The notes below the pieces were generated by a model, which was not told the DNA's origin, made no database searches, and saw only the letters and a program-made list of their open reading frames with translations. This document shows, piece after piece, positions 28,832 through 37,775 of a stretch of DNA of 46,030 nt (position 1 is its first letter; every line of letters starts with the position of its first letter). The DNA is from Pseudomonadota bacterium (lineage in GTDB: Bacteria; Pseudomonadota; Alphaproteobacteria; Rhizobiales; CAJQND01), in assembly GCA_039030315.1 (NCBI GenBank), contig JBCCEL010000003.1, positions 1 to 46,030 of the forward strand, in the 5' to 3' direction. A program made the position numbers and the translations under genes.

Positions 28832-30419
28832 GATCTTCTCGTGACCAGAAATTGGCAATGCGCGCGAACAGATCGTTCGTCATACGCCGGTCGAAGATGA
28901 CCACAGCCGGCAGTCCGGCCCGGATTTCCCGCTTGCGATCTCCGGCGGACAGGAGGAGCGAGACGGAGGCCGTACGCTCGCCATTCGCCTTCCAGGTATA
29001 TTGCGACGATTTTAGATCCAGGTGCCCGGACTTCCGGTTGATACCGATCACCGTCGCCTCCACGTGCCGGCCGAGGGCCGGAACGTAGACTCTTGCCCTG
29101 TCGTTCATGCCAATCCGCAGCACTTCGTTTTGGTCGAGGAATGCCGTCACCGTGGGAGGTACGTCCTGCTCCAGAGCGAGCACCGGCTGCTCCTTCGAAA
29201 TGGCCAGGCCGGCGGCGACCGGCATGGAAACAATTTGACCGTCGAAAGGGGCGCGGATTACACGCGCTGCCTGCATCTGCCTGAGCCCTTGCAGCTTGGC
29301 CCGGGCGAGCTTGAGCCGGCCATGCGCCTCGTCCAGATCCAGTGCCAGCATATCGAGGTCGACAACGAATTCCTTGTGATTGTAGTGGCGCTTGTCCGAT
29401 GCGGAATGCATGACGGTGGCCTGTTCTACCGAAAGCTCAAGCTCGCGCACCTGGGCCGCAGCGCGGAGCTGGCGGGACCTCGCCTCCTCCAGAGCCTTGG
29501 CGTTCGAGAAGCCCTTCTTATGCAGCGTGGCGACGCGGGCGTAGTTGGCATCCGCTGCGTTCAGGGCAACGCGCCGCGCCTCAAGCCGCGCGCGGGCGAC
29601 GTCGAGATCGGTCTTGTTGATGGTCTGATAGAGTTTCAGGCGCTCCGCTTCGATCCGGTAGCGCTCCTTCGCGCGCAGGTACTTCGCGCCGGCATCCTTT
29701 GCTTCGGCGTCAGCCGCCATGATCTGCGCATCGAGGCGCGGGTCTTCGATCTCCGCAACGACGGCGCCCCGGCGGACATGATCTCCCAGGGAGTAGCGGA
29801 CAGATCGCAAAACTCCGTCGACCGGCATCCGCAGCGTCTGCACAGGAACGGAGACCACCGCCGACTGAACCTCCAGCCGCATGATCGAGGAGTAGGTGAG
29901 CAAACCGCCATATCCGAATACCGCCGACCCCAGCAGGATATAGAGGCAGGACATCAGGATCGTCTTGACCGGCCAGCGCGAAACCGGCGCGTCCGATTGC
30001 GGGTTCGGGTCCGGCTGGGTCGAGATTGGCGTCACCGGAATGTCGATGCGGCAGATTGCGTCTTCCACCGTCCCCATCTGCCCGCGGATCAGGTCCTCGA
30101 TGAAGTGAGACATCAGATCCCGGGACCGCTCGGGCACCTCGGTGTACTCGAACGCGACGGTCCTCTCGGTCTCAACGAGGCGGACAACACGCGCCTTGAG
30201 CTCAAAGCCGATGTCGAACCCCTGGAACGGCAGAACCAGGTTAAGCTGCAGTTCGGTGCCGATGGCCGGCAAATCACCGGCAACACCGTCGAGCCGCAGG
30301 CCGCCGAGGCTCCAGTCCGTCGCACGGTACTGAACGGCATCCCCTCCCATCTTCACATGCAGCGGAGCGGTGACGCGGTGGTGGCGTCTCTGGCAGGGGC
30401 GTTCGCGAATGACTTTCAT
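28812..30419 (-). CDS. alg44: PilZ + membrane-fusion co-polymerase (Alg44-like)
   Basis: c-di-GMP motifs QRRHHR (RxxxR) and DWSLGG; TM; HlyD-like coiled coil and IRAPFDG; GGAGA RBS before ATG 30419. Confidence 0.85.
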   Translation of the reverse strand: MKVIRERPCQRRHHRVTAPLHVKMGGDAVQYRATDWSLGGLRLDGVAGDLPAIGTELQLNLVLPFQGFDIGFELKARVVRLVETERTVAFEYTEVPERSRDLMSHFIEDLIRGQMGTVEDAICRIDIPVTPISTQPDPNPQSDAPVSRWPVKTILMSCLYILLGSAVFGYGGLLTYSSIMRLEVQSAVVSVPVQTLRMPVDGVLRSVRYSLGDHVRRGAVVAEIEDPRLDAQIMAADAEAKDAGAKYLRAKERYRIEAERLKLYQTINKTDLDVARARLEARRVALNAADANYARVATLHKKGFSNAKALEEARSRQLRAAAQVRELELSVEQATVMHSASDKRHYNHKEFVVDLDMLALDLDEAHGRLKLARAKLQGLRQMQAARVIRAPFDGQIVSMPVAAGLAISKEQPVLALEQDVPPTVTAFLDQNEVLRIGMNDRARVYVPALGRHVEATVIGINRKSGHLDLKSSQYTWKANGERTASVSLLLSAGDRKREIRAGLPAVVIFDRRMTNDLFARIANFWSREDHAGSEA

Positions 30420-30449
30420 TTGGCAGGTCTCCATGTCGCCCGAACAGGA

Positions 30450-30464
30450 GCAACCGGCATGCCA
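30450..30464 (-). promoter_or_regulatory. Sigma-54 promoter of alg44-alg8
   Basis: TGGCAT-GCCGG-TTGC(T), canonical. Confidence 0.8.
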
Positions 30465-30513
30465 GCGAATCCGGCCTCTTTCTCACCGGAAATGGGAAGA
30501 CGGGGCCTCCAGA

Positions 30514-30551
30514 TTTCGAAATTCGAAATCCGGTCTTTTCGAATTTTGGAA
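30514..30551. promoter_or_regulatory. Putative enhancer (UAS) cluster C, shared by divergent promoters
   Basis: TTTCGAaatTCGAAA 30514-28 (perfect arms) and TTTCGAattTTGGAA 30537-51. Confidence 0.65.
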
Positions 30552-30663
30552 TCCCGGGCGAAACCGGCATGGCGCAAAACGAGCGTGCCAATCTGCAAAA
30601 TCTCCCGGAATTCTGCGGATCACGCCCATGCCGGCACCCGTGACACTCACGCCATGCCAGTTC

Positions 30664-30678
30664 TGGCCAATCCCTTGC
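30664..30678 (+). promoter_or_regulatory. Sigma-54 promoter of algA-pmm
   Basis: TGGCCA-ATCCC-TTGC (GG-N10-GC). Confidence 0.65.
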
Positions 30679-30732
30679 GACTGGAGGGCCAAGCGCGGCG
30701 TGCCATCGCCGCCCGGTCCAAAGGAGATGCAA

Positions 30733-32199
30733 ATGACCTCAAACAAAATCACCCCGATCATTCTTGCCGGCGGTGCCGGCACCCGTCTGTGGCCGGTGTC
30801 GCGCGAAGAAAGCCCGAAGCAGTTCTGCCGGCTGCTCGACGGACAAAGCCTGTTCCAGGCGACAGCAAAGCGTGTCTCCGACCCGGCACTGTTCAACGCT
30901 CCGATCATCGTCACCGGCGCCCAATACGCCGGCCTGGCCGAACAGCAGCTTGCAGAGTACGGACTGGAAGCCTCTGCGATCGTCTGCGAACCCATGGGCC
31001 GCGACACCGCACCCGCGATCGCCGCCGCTCTGGCTGCCGCGCGTCCGGGTCCGGTGGCGGAAAACTATCTTGTGCTGCCGTCCGACCATGCCATTGAAGA
31101 CGACGAAGCCTTGAAGACTGCCATCCGGACGGGCCGCGATCTCATCCGGCACAGCCGGCATCTCGTGACCTTCGGCATCGCGCCCAGCCGGCCCGACACA
31201 GGCTTCGGATACATCCGGGCCGAACGCGACGAACTCCGGCCGGGTGTCCATGCGGTCAGCCGCTTCATCGAGAAGCCGGATGCCGCTCGGGCGGCGAACC
31301 TCATCCGCGAGGCGGGCACATCCTGGAACGCCGGCATCTTCCTGTTCAACGGTCGCGACATGCTCGATGAGCTGGAGCGGCATGCCCCCGAGCTTCTCTA
31401 CATGGTCAGGAAGAGCCTCGCGAACGGCACCATGTCCGGCAGCAAGGTCTTCCCCGATGCAGCCGCTTTCGCGAAGGCGCCGAAGCTTTCCATCGACTAC
31501 GCCGTCATGGAGCACACCGAAAGAGCGGCCGTAGTTCCGGTCGATCCCGGCTGGAGCGATCTCGGCGCCTGGTCGGCCATCTGGGAGCGCGGGGAAAGCG
31601 ATGTGGTCGGCAATGTTCTCGAAGGTGATGCCATCGCGGTCAACAGCACCGGCTCGCTCGTCCGCACCGACGGGCCGACAGTGGCCATTGCCGGCGTGGA
31701 TGACCTGGTGGTGGTCGCCAACCGCGACGCCGTGCTTGTGGCCAGGAAGGACGATGCACAGTCGGTCAAGACACTGGTTGAAACCATGAAGGCGGAAGAT
31801 CGCGTCGAGCAGAAGCGTCACGCCGGCGAGGACCGTCCGTGGGGCCGGTTCGATTCCATCGACCGCGGCGAGCATCACCAGGTCAAGCGTATCAGGGTGC
31901 ATCCCGGTGGCCGTCTGTCGCTGCAGTATCACCATCACCGTTCGGAACACTGGGTCGTGGTGTCCGGCACTGCCCAGGTGACTGTCGGCGACAATGTCAT
32001 GGCTCTTGGTCCTTGCGAGCAGGTCTTCATCCCGCAGGGCGAGGTGCACCGCCTGGAAAACCTCGGCTCCGAACCGGTTGAAATCATTGAGGTTCAGTAC
32101 GGAGACTACCTTGGCGAAGACGACATCGTGCGTGTTGAGGATGTCTACGGCCGCGAAGCCGTTCCCGCCGCACTCGACGAAAATCTCGCAGCCGCGTAA
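30733..32199 (+). CDS. algA: Mannose-1-phosphate guanylyltransferase / mannose-6-phosphate isomerase (AlgA/ManC)
   Basis: ILAGGAGTRLWPVSR, PKQF, FIEKP, SIDYAVME, WSDLG, cupin RPWG...SLQYHHHRSEHW; AAGGAG RBS. Confidence 0.93.
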   Translation: MTSNKITPIILAGGAGTRLWPVSREESPKQFCRLLDGQSLFQATAKRVSDPALFNAPIIVTGAQYAGLAEQQLAEYGLEASAIVCEPMGRDTAPAIAAALAAARPGPVAENYLVLPSDHAIEDDEALKTAIRTGRDLIRHSRHLVTFGIAPSRPDTGFGYIRAERDELRPGVHAVSRFIEKPDAARAANLIREAGTSWNAGIFLFNGRDMLDELERHAPELLYMVRKSLANGTMSGSKVFPDAAAFAKAPKLSIDYAVMEHTERAAVVPVDPGWSDLGAWSAIWERGESDVVGNVLEGDAIAVNSTGSLVRTDGPTVAIAGVDDLVVVANRDAVLVARKDDAQSVKTLVETMKAEDRVEQKRHAGEDRPWGRFDSIDRGEHHQVKRIRVHPGGRLSLQYHHHRSEHWVVVSGTAQVTVGDNVMALGPCEQVFIPQGEVHRLENLGSEPVEIIEVQYGDYLGEDDIVRVEDVYGREAVPAALDENLAAA

Positions 32200-32208
32200 G
32201 GACACATC

Positions 32209-32961
32209 ATGGACCGCATGTATCTCTTCGACGTCGATGGCACGCTGACCGAACCCCGTCAGCCCATCGACCCCGATTTTGCCCAGTTCTTCGAGCGCTT
32301 TTGCAAATCGCACCCGGTCTATCTCGTCTCCGGCAGCGATCTGCCCAAGCTGGAAGAGCAGTTGCCGAGATCAATCCTCGCTCACGCAAAAGGTGTTTTC
32401 ACCTGTTCGGCGGCAGAACTCTGGGTCGATGGCAAGGCCAGCTATCAGCTCGATCATGAGTTCCCGAAGGAACTTGTGGAAGCCCTTGAGGGTTTTGTCG
32501 ATCTCAGCCAGTATCCGCGCCGTTTCGGCAATCATATCGAGTTCCGGACCGGCATGATCAATTTCAGTGTCGTTGGCCGGAACGCCGAGCACAGCGACCG
32601 GCAGACCTATTTCGCCTGGGACCAGCAGGAGGGCGAACGCAAGGAATTCATCCGCCGCTTCGTTCAGACCTACACGGACTACGAGGCCTCGGCGGGTGGC
32701 GAGATCAGCATCGATATTGTGCCGAAGGGCTGGAACAAGTCCCGGGCACTGGACGTTCTCAAGCAGGATTTTCCGGATGCAACGATCACCTTCTTCGGGG
32801 ACCGCATGGCGCCGGGCGGAAACGACTATCCATTGGCAGAAGCCCTGAAGGCAGATTCCCCCCGGCATCAGGCCGTTTCGGTCGGCACGTTCTACGAAAC
32901 CTGGCGGCTGCTCAGCGCCTTATCCGCACCAGGACATGAGGTTTTCCGGCAGGCGTCCTGA
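32209..32961 (+). CDS. HAD-IIB phosphomannomutase, eukaryote (PMM2/Sec53) type
   Basis: LFDVDGTLT, VSGSD, IEFRTGMINFSVVGR, GGEISID, PKGWNK, FFGD...GGNDY. Confidence 0.85.
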   Translation: MDRMYLFDVDGTLTEPRQPIDPDFAQFFERFCKSHPVYLVSGSDLPKLEEQLPRSILAHAKGVFTCSAAELWVDGKASYQLDHEFPKELVEALEGFVDLSQYPRRFGNHIEFRTGMINFSVVGRNAEHSDRQTYFAWDQQEGERKEFIRRFVQTYTDYEASAGGEISIDIVPKGWNKSRALDVLKQDFPDATITFFGDRMAPGGNDYPLAEALKADSPRHQAVSVGTFYETWRLLSALSAPGHEVFRQAS

Positions 32962-32989
32962 GCTCCTGTTTCCTCACAGCACAGGCACT

Positions 32990-33016
32990 TGGCGGGCAAT
33001 TTGCCCGCCATTTTTT
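32990..33016 (+). terminator. Rho-independent terminator of algA-pmm
   Basis: TGGCGGGCAA-T-TTGCCCGCCA followed by TTTTTT. Confidence 0.75.
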
Positions 33017-34472
33017 ACTGGTCGTCGCGCGTCCAGTCTTCACGCTTGCGGTAGAGGGTCGAGGGGCTCATCTTCAGCACCTTGGAGGCCTTCGGGACGC
33101 TGCCCCCGCAATAGTCGAAAGTGGCCATGACAACGTCCCGTTCCAGCTCGGCAAACGTCCGCCCGAGCACCACGCGCACGATCTTGTTGCCTTCGCCATC
33201 CACACCGGTCGACGCCGCCGCGGGGCGCTGCGCCGGAGCTGCGGTTTCTTGAGCTATGGGCGCAGCTGCGGACGGTTTCGCCGTGCTGGAGGAGCGTGAC
33301 GGGCCACCGATGCGGATCATCTCATCCGTCAGCACTTCGCCATCGTTGAGAACAACCGCATTCCGTATGACGTTCTGCAACTCGCGGACGTTGCCGGGCC
33401 AGCCATGGGCCAGAAGCATATCCTCGGCCTCAACGGAGAACGCCTGAAAAGTCTTACCCTCTTCCTGCGAGAAGCTTTCGAGAAAGGCCTGGCCGATTTC
33501 CAGGACGTCGGCATCGCGTTCCCTGAGCGGTGGCAGGTGGATCGGCAATACATGGAGACGGTAGTAGAGATCTTCGCGGAACCGGCCCTGCTCAACCTCT
33601 TCGTGCGGGTTCCGATTGGTGGCGCAGATCACGCGCACATCGACCGGCACTACCTTGTCGCTGCCCACCCTCTGAACCGTGCCGGTCTGCAGGAAGCGCA
33701 GCAGTTTGGTCTGCAGATCGACATCCATCTCGCAGATCTCATCGAGAAACAGCGTCCCGCCATCGGCCGCCGCCGCCGCACCCTCACGGTCTCCGGTGGC
33801 GCCGGTGAACGCCCCTTTGACGTGTCCGAAAATCTCGGACTCGATCAGGTCCTTCGGAATGGCGGCACAGTTCAGCGGCACGAAAGGCTTGCCGGCACGG
33901 GGTCCCGACTTGTGGATCGCCTCGGCGCAGACCTCCTTGCCTGTCCCGCTTTCCCCGGTGATGAAAACGGTCGCCTTGGAGCGGGCCACGTTCTCGATCA
34001 TTTTGAAAACGCCAAGCATGACCGGTGACTTGCCGATGAACCCGTGGAAATTGCCGTCAGCATAGTCATTGCGGATCTCCGCAATGGCCTCATGCAGCTG
34101 CTCGCGTTCGCAGGCATTGCGGATGGTCGTGATCATCCGCTCTTCGGCGGCGGGCTTGACGATGAAGTCATACGCGCCGGCCCGCATGGCATCGACGGCG
34201 GTCTTGATGGAGCCGCTCCCGGTCACCACCACGACGGTGACGGAGATCTTCTGCTCCTCCACATGCTTGAGGATGTCCATCCCGTTGGCATCCGGAAGGT
34301 TCAGATCCAGCAGCATCGCCTGAAACTTGCCGTCTTCGAGCTCAGCCAAGGCGGCCTTGCCGGTGTCGACATGCACGCAGTCGAACCCCGCGCGCTCCAG
34401 CCAGTCCTTGTAGACAACGGCGAGCGAGAAGGCGTCTTCGACCAGCAGGACTTTCTGTTTTCCCCGGGGCAT
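33015..34472 (-). CDS. Sigma-54-dependent response regulator (REC-AAA+-HTH), LuxO-like
   Basis: REC LLDLNLPD; GFIGKS; GESGTGKEVCAEAIH; NCAAIPKDLIESEIFGHVKGAFTGA; HTH SPSTLYRK. Confidence 0.9.
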   Translation of the reverse strand: MPRGKQKVLLVEDAFSLAVVYKDWLERAGFDCVHVDTGKAALAELEDGKFQAMLLDLNLPDANGMDILKHVEEQKISVTVVVVTGSGSIKTAVDAMRAGAYDFIVKPAAEERMITTIRNACEREQLHEAIAEIRNDYADGNFHGFIGKSPVMLGVFKMIENVARSKATVFITGESGTGKEVCAEAIHKSGPRAGKPFVPLNCAAIPKDLIESEIFGHVKGAFTGATGDREGAAAAADGGTLFLDEICEMDVDLQTKLLRFLQTGTVQRVGSDKVVPVDVRVICATNRNPHEEVEQGRFREDLYYRLHVLPIHLPPLRERDADVLEIGQAFLESFSQEEGKTFQAFSVEAEDMLLAHGWPGNVRELQNVIRNAVVLNDGEVLTDEMIRIGGPSRSSSTAKPSAAAPIAQETAAPAQRPAAASTGVDGEGNKIVRVVLGRTFAELERDVVMATFDYCGGSVPKASKVLKMSPSTLYRKREDWTRDDQ

Positions 34473-34496
34473 GCCCCTCTCCAGGACCGTTTAGGT

Positions 34497-37400
34497 TCAA
34501 TCTTTGCGTGAATTCATACCGTTCAGCGCGCCCAAAGTTAGCTCGCAAAGCTTTCCCAGTTCTTGTGCTTTTGCAAGGGCGCGCTCCGGCTTCTCGCCGC
34601 GGGCATCCGTGTTCACCCGCTGCGCCAGCGCCTGAAGCGCGCTCGCTCCGAACGTACCGGCAATGCCCTTGATCAGGTGGCTGGACTTCTCAAGTATCTG
34701 TATGTCTTCGCTCTTGCCGGCCTCGATCACTCTCTGCCCATGAGCATCAAGCTCGGATGCGAAGGCCGTCAGTGCCTTCTCCGCCGTGGCCGGGTTCATG
34801 CCGCCAATGACCGTGTTGAAGACGCTCATGTCGAAATGATCGTTGTCCCGGTGGGAGTCATCTTGCGAGCCCCGTCTCTGTATCTTCTCCGGATCCGCCT
34901 GCCGGGAGATCGCCCGGGCCAGCTCAAGTCTGGAGACAGGCTTGGCGACGAACTCGTTCATTCCCGCGGCAAGAGCTGTCTGGCGGTCCTCATCCAGCGC
35001 GTAAGCCGTCAGCGCAATGATTGGAATCCGGGCGACCTTGCCATCCAGACCGCGGATTTCCTTCGTGGCCTCAAGCCCGTCCATTTCCGGCATGGACACA
35101 TCCATCAGGACAACGTCATAGGGCCGGTTCTGGACCGCCTCGACGGCCTCCAGCCCATTGCCCACCACGTCGACGAGACAGCCGAGCCGTTCCAGCATGT
35201 TCCCGATCACCAGCTGGTTGGTCGTGTTGTCCTCGGCCAGGAGCACGCGAAGCTCTCCGACGGCAGGCAAATCCTGTTCGCTTTCCAGTTCGTCGATGGG
35301 AACCGCATCGGCGGCGTCGGCAATCTTCAGCGGAATGTCGAACCAGAACGTACTGCCCTTGCCGGGCTTGCTCTCAAAATCGATCTTACCGCCCATGTTC
35401 AGTACGAGGGACTTGGAGATGGCGAGCCCCAGACCGGTCCCGCCAAACTTCCGGGAATAGGAGGCATCCAGCATCGAGAATTCGGCGAACAACTCGCCAT
35501 GGTGCTCTTCCGGGATGCCGATACCAGTGTCCTTGACGGAAAAGCGAAGCGTCGAGACACCGTCCTTGCGGGCCCGCTGGCGGACCGAGATCCCGACCTG
35601 ACCGCCTTCGGAGAACTTGATGGCGTTCCAGGTAAGATTGAGCAGGATCTGCCGGATACGGCCCGCATCGCCGGTCACCGCATCCGGAACGGTCTTGCCG
35701 ATGTCTATGGAAAGCTCGACGGAGTTCTCCTTCGCCCGGTGGGAGACAAGGCTCTCCACCCCGTTGATCAGCGGATCGAGCAGAAACACGCCCTCGTCAA
35801 GATCGAGCCGGCCGGCCTCCAGTTTGGAGAAGTCGAGGATGTCGTTGATGATCGTCAGCAACGCCTTGCCGGAGACCCGCGCGGTCCGGATCAGCCGTTG
35901 TTGCTCTTTGCGGTCCGGTTCATCGCTGAGCAGCCCCAGAATCCCGAGAACCCCGTTCAACGGCGTGCGGATCTCGTGGGACATCATGGCCAGGAAGCTG
36001 GCTTTTGCCCGGTTGGCGGTTTCGGCGCGCTCCTTCTCCAGGAGAATCTGCTCCTCTGCCGCCTTCTTCTCGGTGATGTCCCGCGCATAGCCGAGGAAGA
36101 TGGTTCCATCGGGACCTTCGGCCTGCTGGATCGCAAGTTCGATCATGAACTCGTGGCCTTCCGCATGCAGGGCCTCGATCTCGATGCGCTGGCCGATCAG
36201 CGGGCCCTCGCCAGTGTTGAGAAAATGCTCGATGGCCGTTTCGTGCGCGTCACGGTAGCGATGCGGGATGATGAACTCGGACATCTTGCGTCCGACAACA
36301 TCGGCACGCATGAAACCGAAGATCTGTTCGGCCGCCGGGTTGAATTCCTTGATCTCCGCATGGTCGTCAATCACGATGATCGCGTCGAGTGCGGAGCGGA
36401 CGGTGGTGCTGAGCTGTTCCTCGCTGCGCTGGAGATTGGCCTCGCGTTCCTTCAACTCGGTGATATCGACCCGGAAGCCGACCGTGCCCCCATCGTCAGT
36501 GCCGCGCTCGATGATGCGCAGCCACTGCCCGTTGCCGAGATGCTGTTCGACCATGCCCGATTTGGCGCGATGCGCTTCAAGACGGCCGGCGACCCATTCA
36601 TCCAGAGTCTGATCCTTGAGCTCGTATTGCCCCGCCTCAGCCCCCTTCCGGATGATCTGTTCGAAGGTATTGCCGGGAATGATGTAATCGGCGCTGGCCG
36701 AATAGATCTTCTTGTAGCGCTCGTTGCAGACAACCAGCCGGTCGTCCTTGTCGTAGAGCACGAAACCATCCGGGAGAGATTCGATCGCATCGGTCAGCCG
36801 CTTGTTGCTTGCTTCAGCGGCTTGGTTGGCCTTTTCGAGGGCCTCGTTCTGCTCCTGCGCAGAGGACGCGAGTGTCTGCACCTCCTCATGCACCCGGCGG
36901 TACCGCAGAATGAGCTGGGCCAGCAGCGCCGTGGTCATCAGGAACACCAGCACCAGGAATGCGGAAATCTGCTGCAGGCTTCCCGGCATGAAAGCGCCCG
37001 CCGGACTGATGGTTTGCGATACCACCAGCGCGCCGCGCACATCGCCGACCTTCCAGTCCTTCCTCGGAGAGTCGCTCCGCGCATTGTGGCAGGCGACGCA
37101 GCTTTCACTCATCACGATGGGCGTTGCATATTCGAACGTCTCCTTGCCACCGGCCGATGCCGGGCCGAAGAATTCCACCTCGCCGTTCTTCACCAGCGCC
37201 GCCAGCGCCTTCCGGTCGAACACCGAGAGCGTCCGCTCCTTCCTGAGCGGGAAAGGATAGTCGCTGATCAGACGGAAATTCGCCCGGGCGCCGCTCGCCT
37301 CGAATTCCTTGGAGAGTTCGATCGACAAGGTCGCCGGCAGCGGTATGGCGTTCGCGATATTGCGGAAGTCATGCGTGACAGTCAGGCCCTCGAGGTCCTG

Positions 37401-37598
37401 CACCCGCGCCACGATCTCCTTGGAATAGAAGCTCTGAACCGTCGCCACCAGCTGCGCATTGCTCCGCGCCGACTCCAGCAAAATCTGCTGGCGCACCTCC
37501 GTTGTGTGCTTCTGGACGAGGTAGAAAATGACACCGCCCGACAGCAGCAGGAAAGCCACAAGCGCCCAGAAAATCTTGTTGAACCCGATGCTCTTCAT
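34497..37598 (-). CDS. Hybrid sensor kinase: periplasmic heme-c (DUF3365-like), PAS, FixL-like PAS, HisKA, HATPase, REC, Hpt
   Basis: CVACH between two TMs; FNPAAEQIFG...RDAH; MSHEIRTP; GGTGLGL; LMDVSMP; SHLIKGIAGTFGA. Confidence 0.9.
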   Translation of the reverse strand: MKSIGFNKIFWALVAFLLLSGGVIFYLVQKHTTEVRQQILLESARSNAQLVATVQSFYSKEIVARVQDLEGLTVTHDFRNIANAIPLPATLSIELSKEFEASGARANFRLISDYPFPLRKERTLSVFDRKALAALVKNGEVEFFGPASAGGKETFEYATPIVMSESCVACHNARSDSPRKDWKVGDVRGALVVSQTISPAGAFMPGSLQQISAFLVLVFLMTTALLAQLILRYRRVHEEVQTLASSAQEQNEALEKANQAAEASNKRLTDAIESLPDGFVLYDKDDRLVVCNERYKKIYSASADYIIPGNTFEQIIRKGAEAGQYELKDQTLDEWVAGRLEAHRAKSGMVEQHLGNGQWLRIIERGTDDGGTVGFRVDITELKEREANLQRSEEQLSTTVRSALDAIIVIDDHAEIKEFNPAAEQIFGFMRADVVGRKMSEFIIPHRYRDAHETAIEHFLNTGEGPLIGQRIEIEALHAEGHEFMIELAIQQAEGPDGTIFLGYARDITEKKAAEEQILLEKERAETANRAKASFLAMMSHEIRTPLNGVLGILGLLSDEPDRKEQQRLIRTARVSGKALLTIINDILDFSKLEAGRLDLDEGVFLLDPLINGVESLVSHRAKENSVELSIDIGKTVPDAVTGDAGRIRQILLNLTWNAIKFSEGGQVGISVRQRARKDGVSTLRFSVKDTGIGIPEEHHGELFAEFSMLDASYSRKFGGTGLGLAISKSLVLNMGGKIDFESKPGKGSTFWFDIPLKIADAADAVPIDELESEQDLPAVGELRVLLAEDNTTNQLVIGNMLERLGCLVDVVGNGLEAVEAVQNRPYDVVLMDVSMPEMDGLEATKEIRGLDGKVARIPIIALTAYALDEDRQTALAAGMNEFVAKPVSRLELARAISRQADPEKIQRRGSQDDSHRDNDHFDMSVFNTVIGGMNPATAEKALTAFASELDAHGQRVIEAGKSEDIQILEKSSHLIKGIAGTFGASALQALAQRVNTDARGEKPERALAKAQELGKLCELTLGALNGMNSRKD

Positions 37599-37713
37599 GC
37601 CAGGCCCCAAATCCAGTAGTTCCGCCGCACAATCGTCCGGTTAACTGAATCGTTCAACCTGCTTGCACATTCAGGTACCACAGCCAAGCACAAGCCAAGG
37701 AGCCGGCGCGGTC

Positions 37714-37732
37714 ATGTCCGCTGTTGGCACTT
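37714..37732 (-). repeat. 19-bp inverted repeat, right copy
   Basis: ATGTCCGCTGTTGGCACTT, exact reverse complement of 17590-17608. Confidence 0.85.
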
Positions 37733-37751
37733 TTACTCCTTTAGCCCGATC

Positions 37752-37775
37752 GCAGCTTTCGGGTCTAAAGCGGAA
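37752..37775 (-). repeat. Short palindromic repeat unit, outer right flank of the EPS island
   Basis: Minus strand TTCCGCTTT-AGACCCG-AAAGCTGC, related to 17503-17529. Confidence 0.5.

Noticed and set aside
30370-30732. N-terminal extensions in the ORF track (algA from 30370; also 23337, 27128, 6086, 17381, 14588, 44427, 37788)
   Set aside because: They run over promoters or neighbouring genes; downstream starts match RBS, signal peptides or family N-termini
33015-34472. Naming the activator luxO or algB
   Set aside because: LuxO-like by motif, but orthology cannot be shown without phylogeny and no quorum-sensing genes are present
34563-37619. 1018-aa plus-strand ORF
   Set aside because: Antisense shadow of the hybrid kinase, typical of high-GC codon usage; no motifs
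17503-37775. Calling the island an IS, composite transposon or prophage
   Set aside because: No transposase, integrase, phage gene, tRNA or target-site duplication seen
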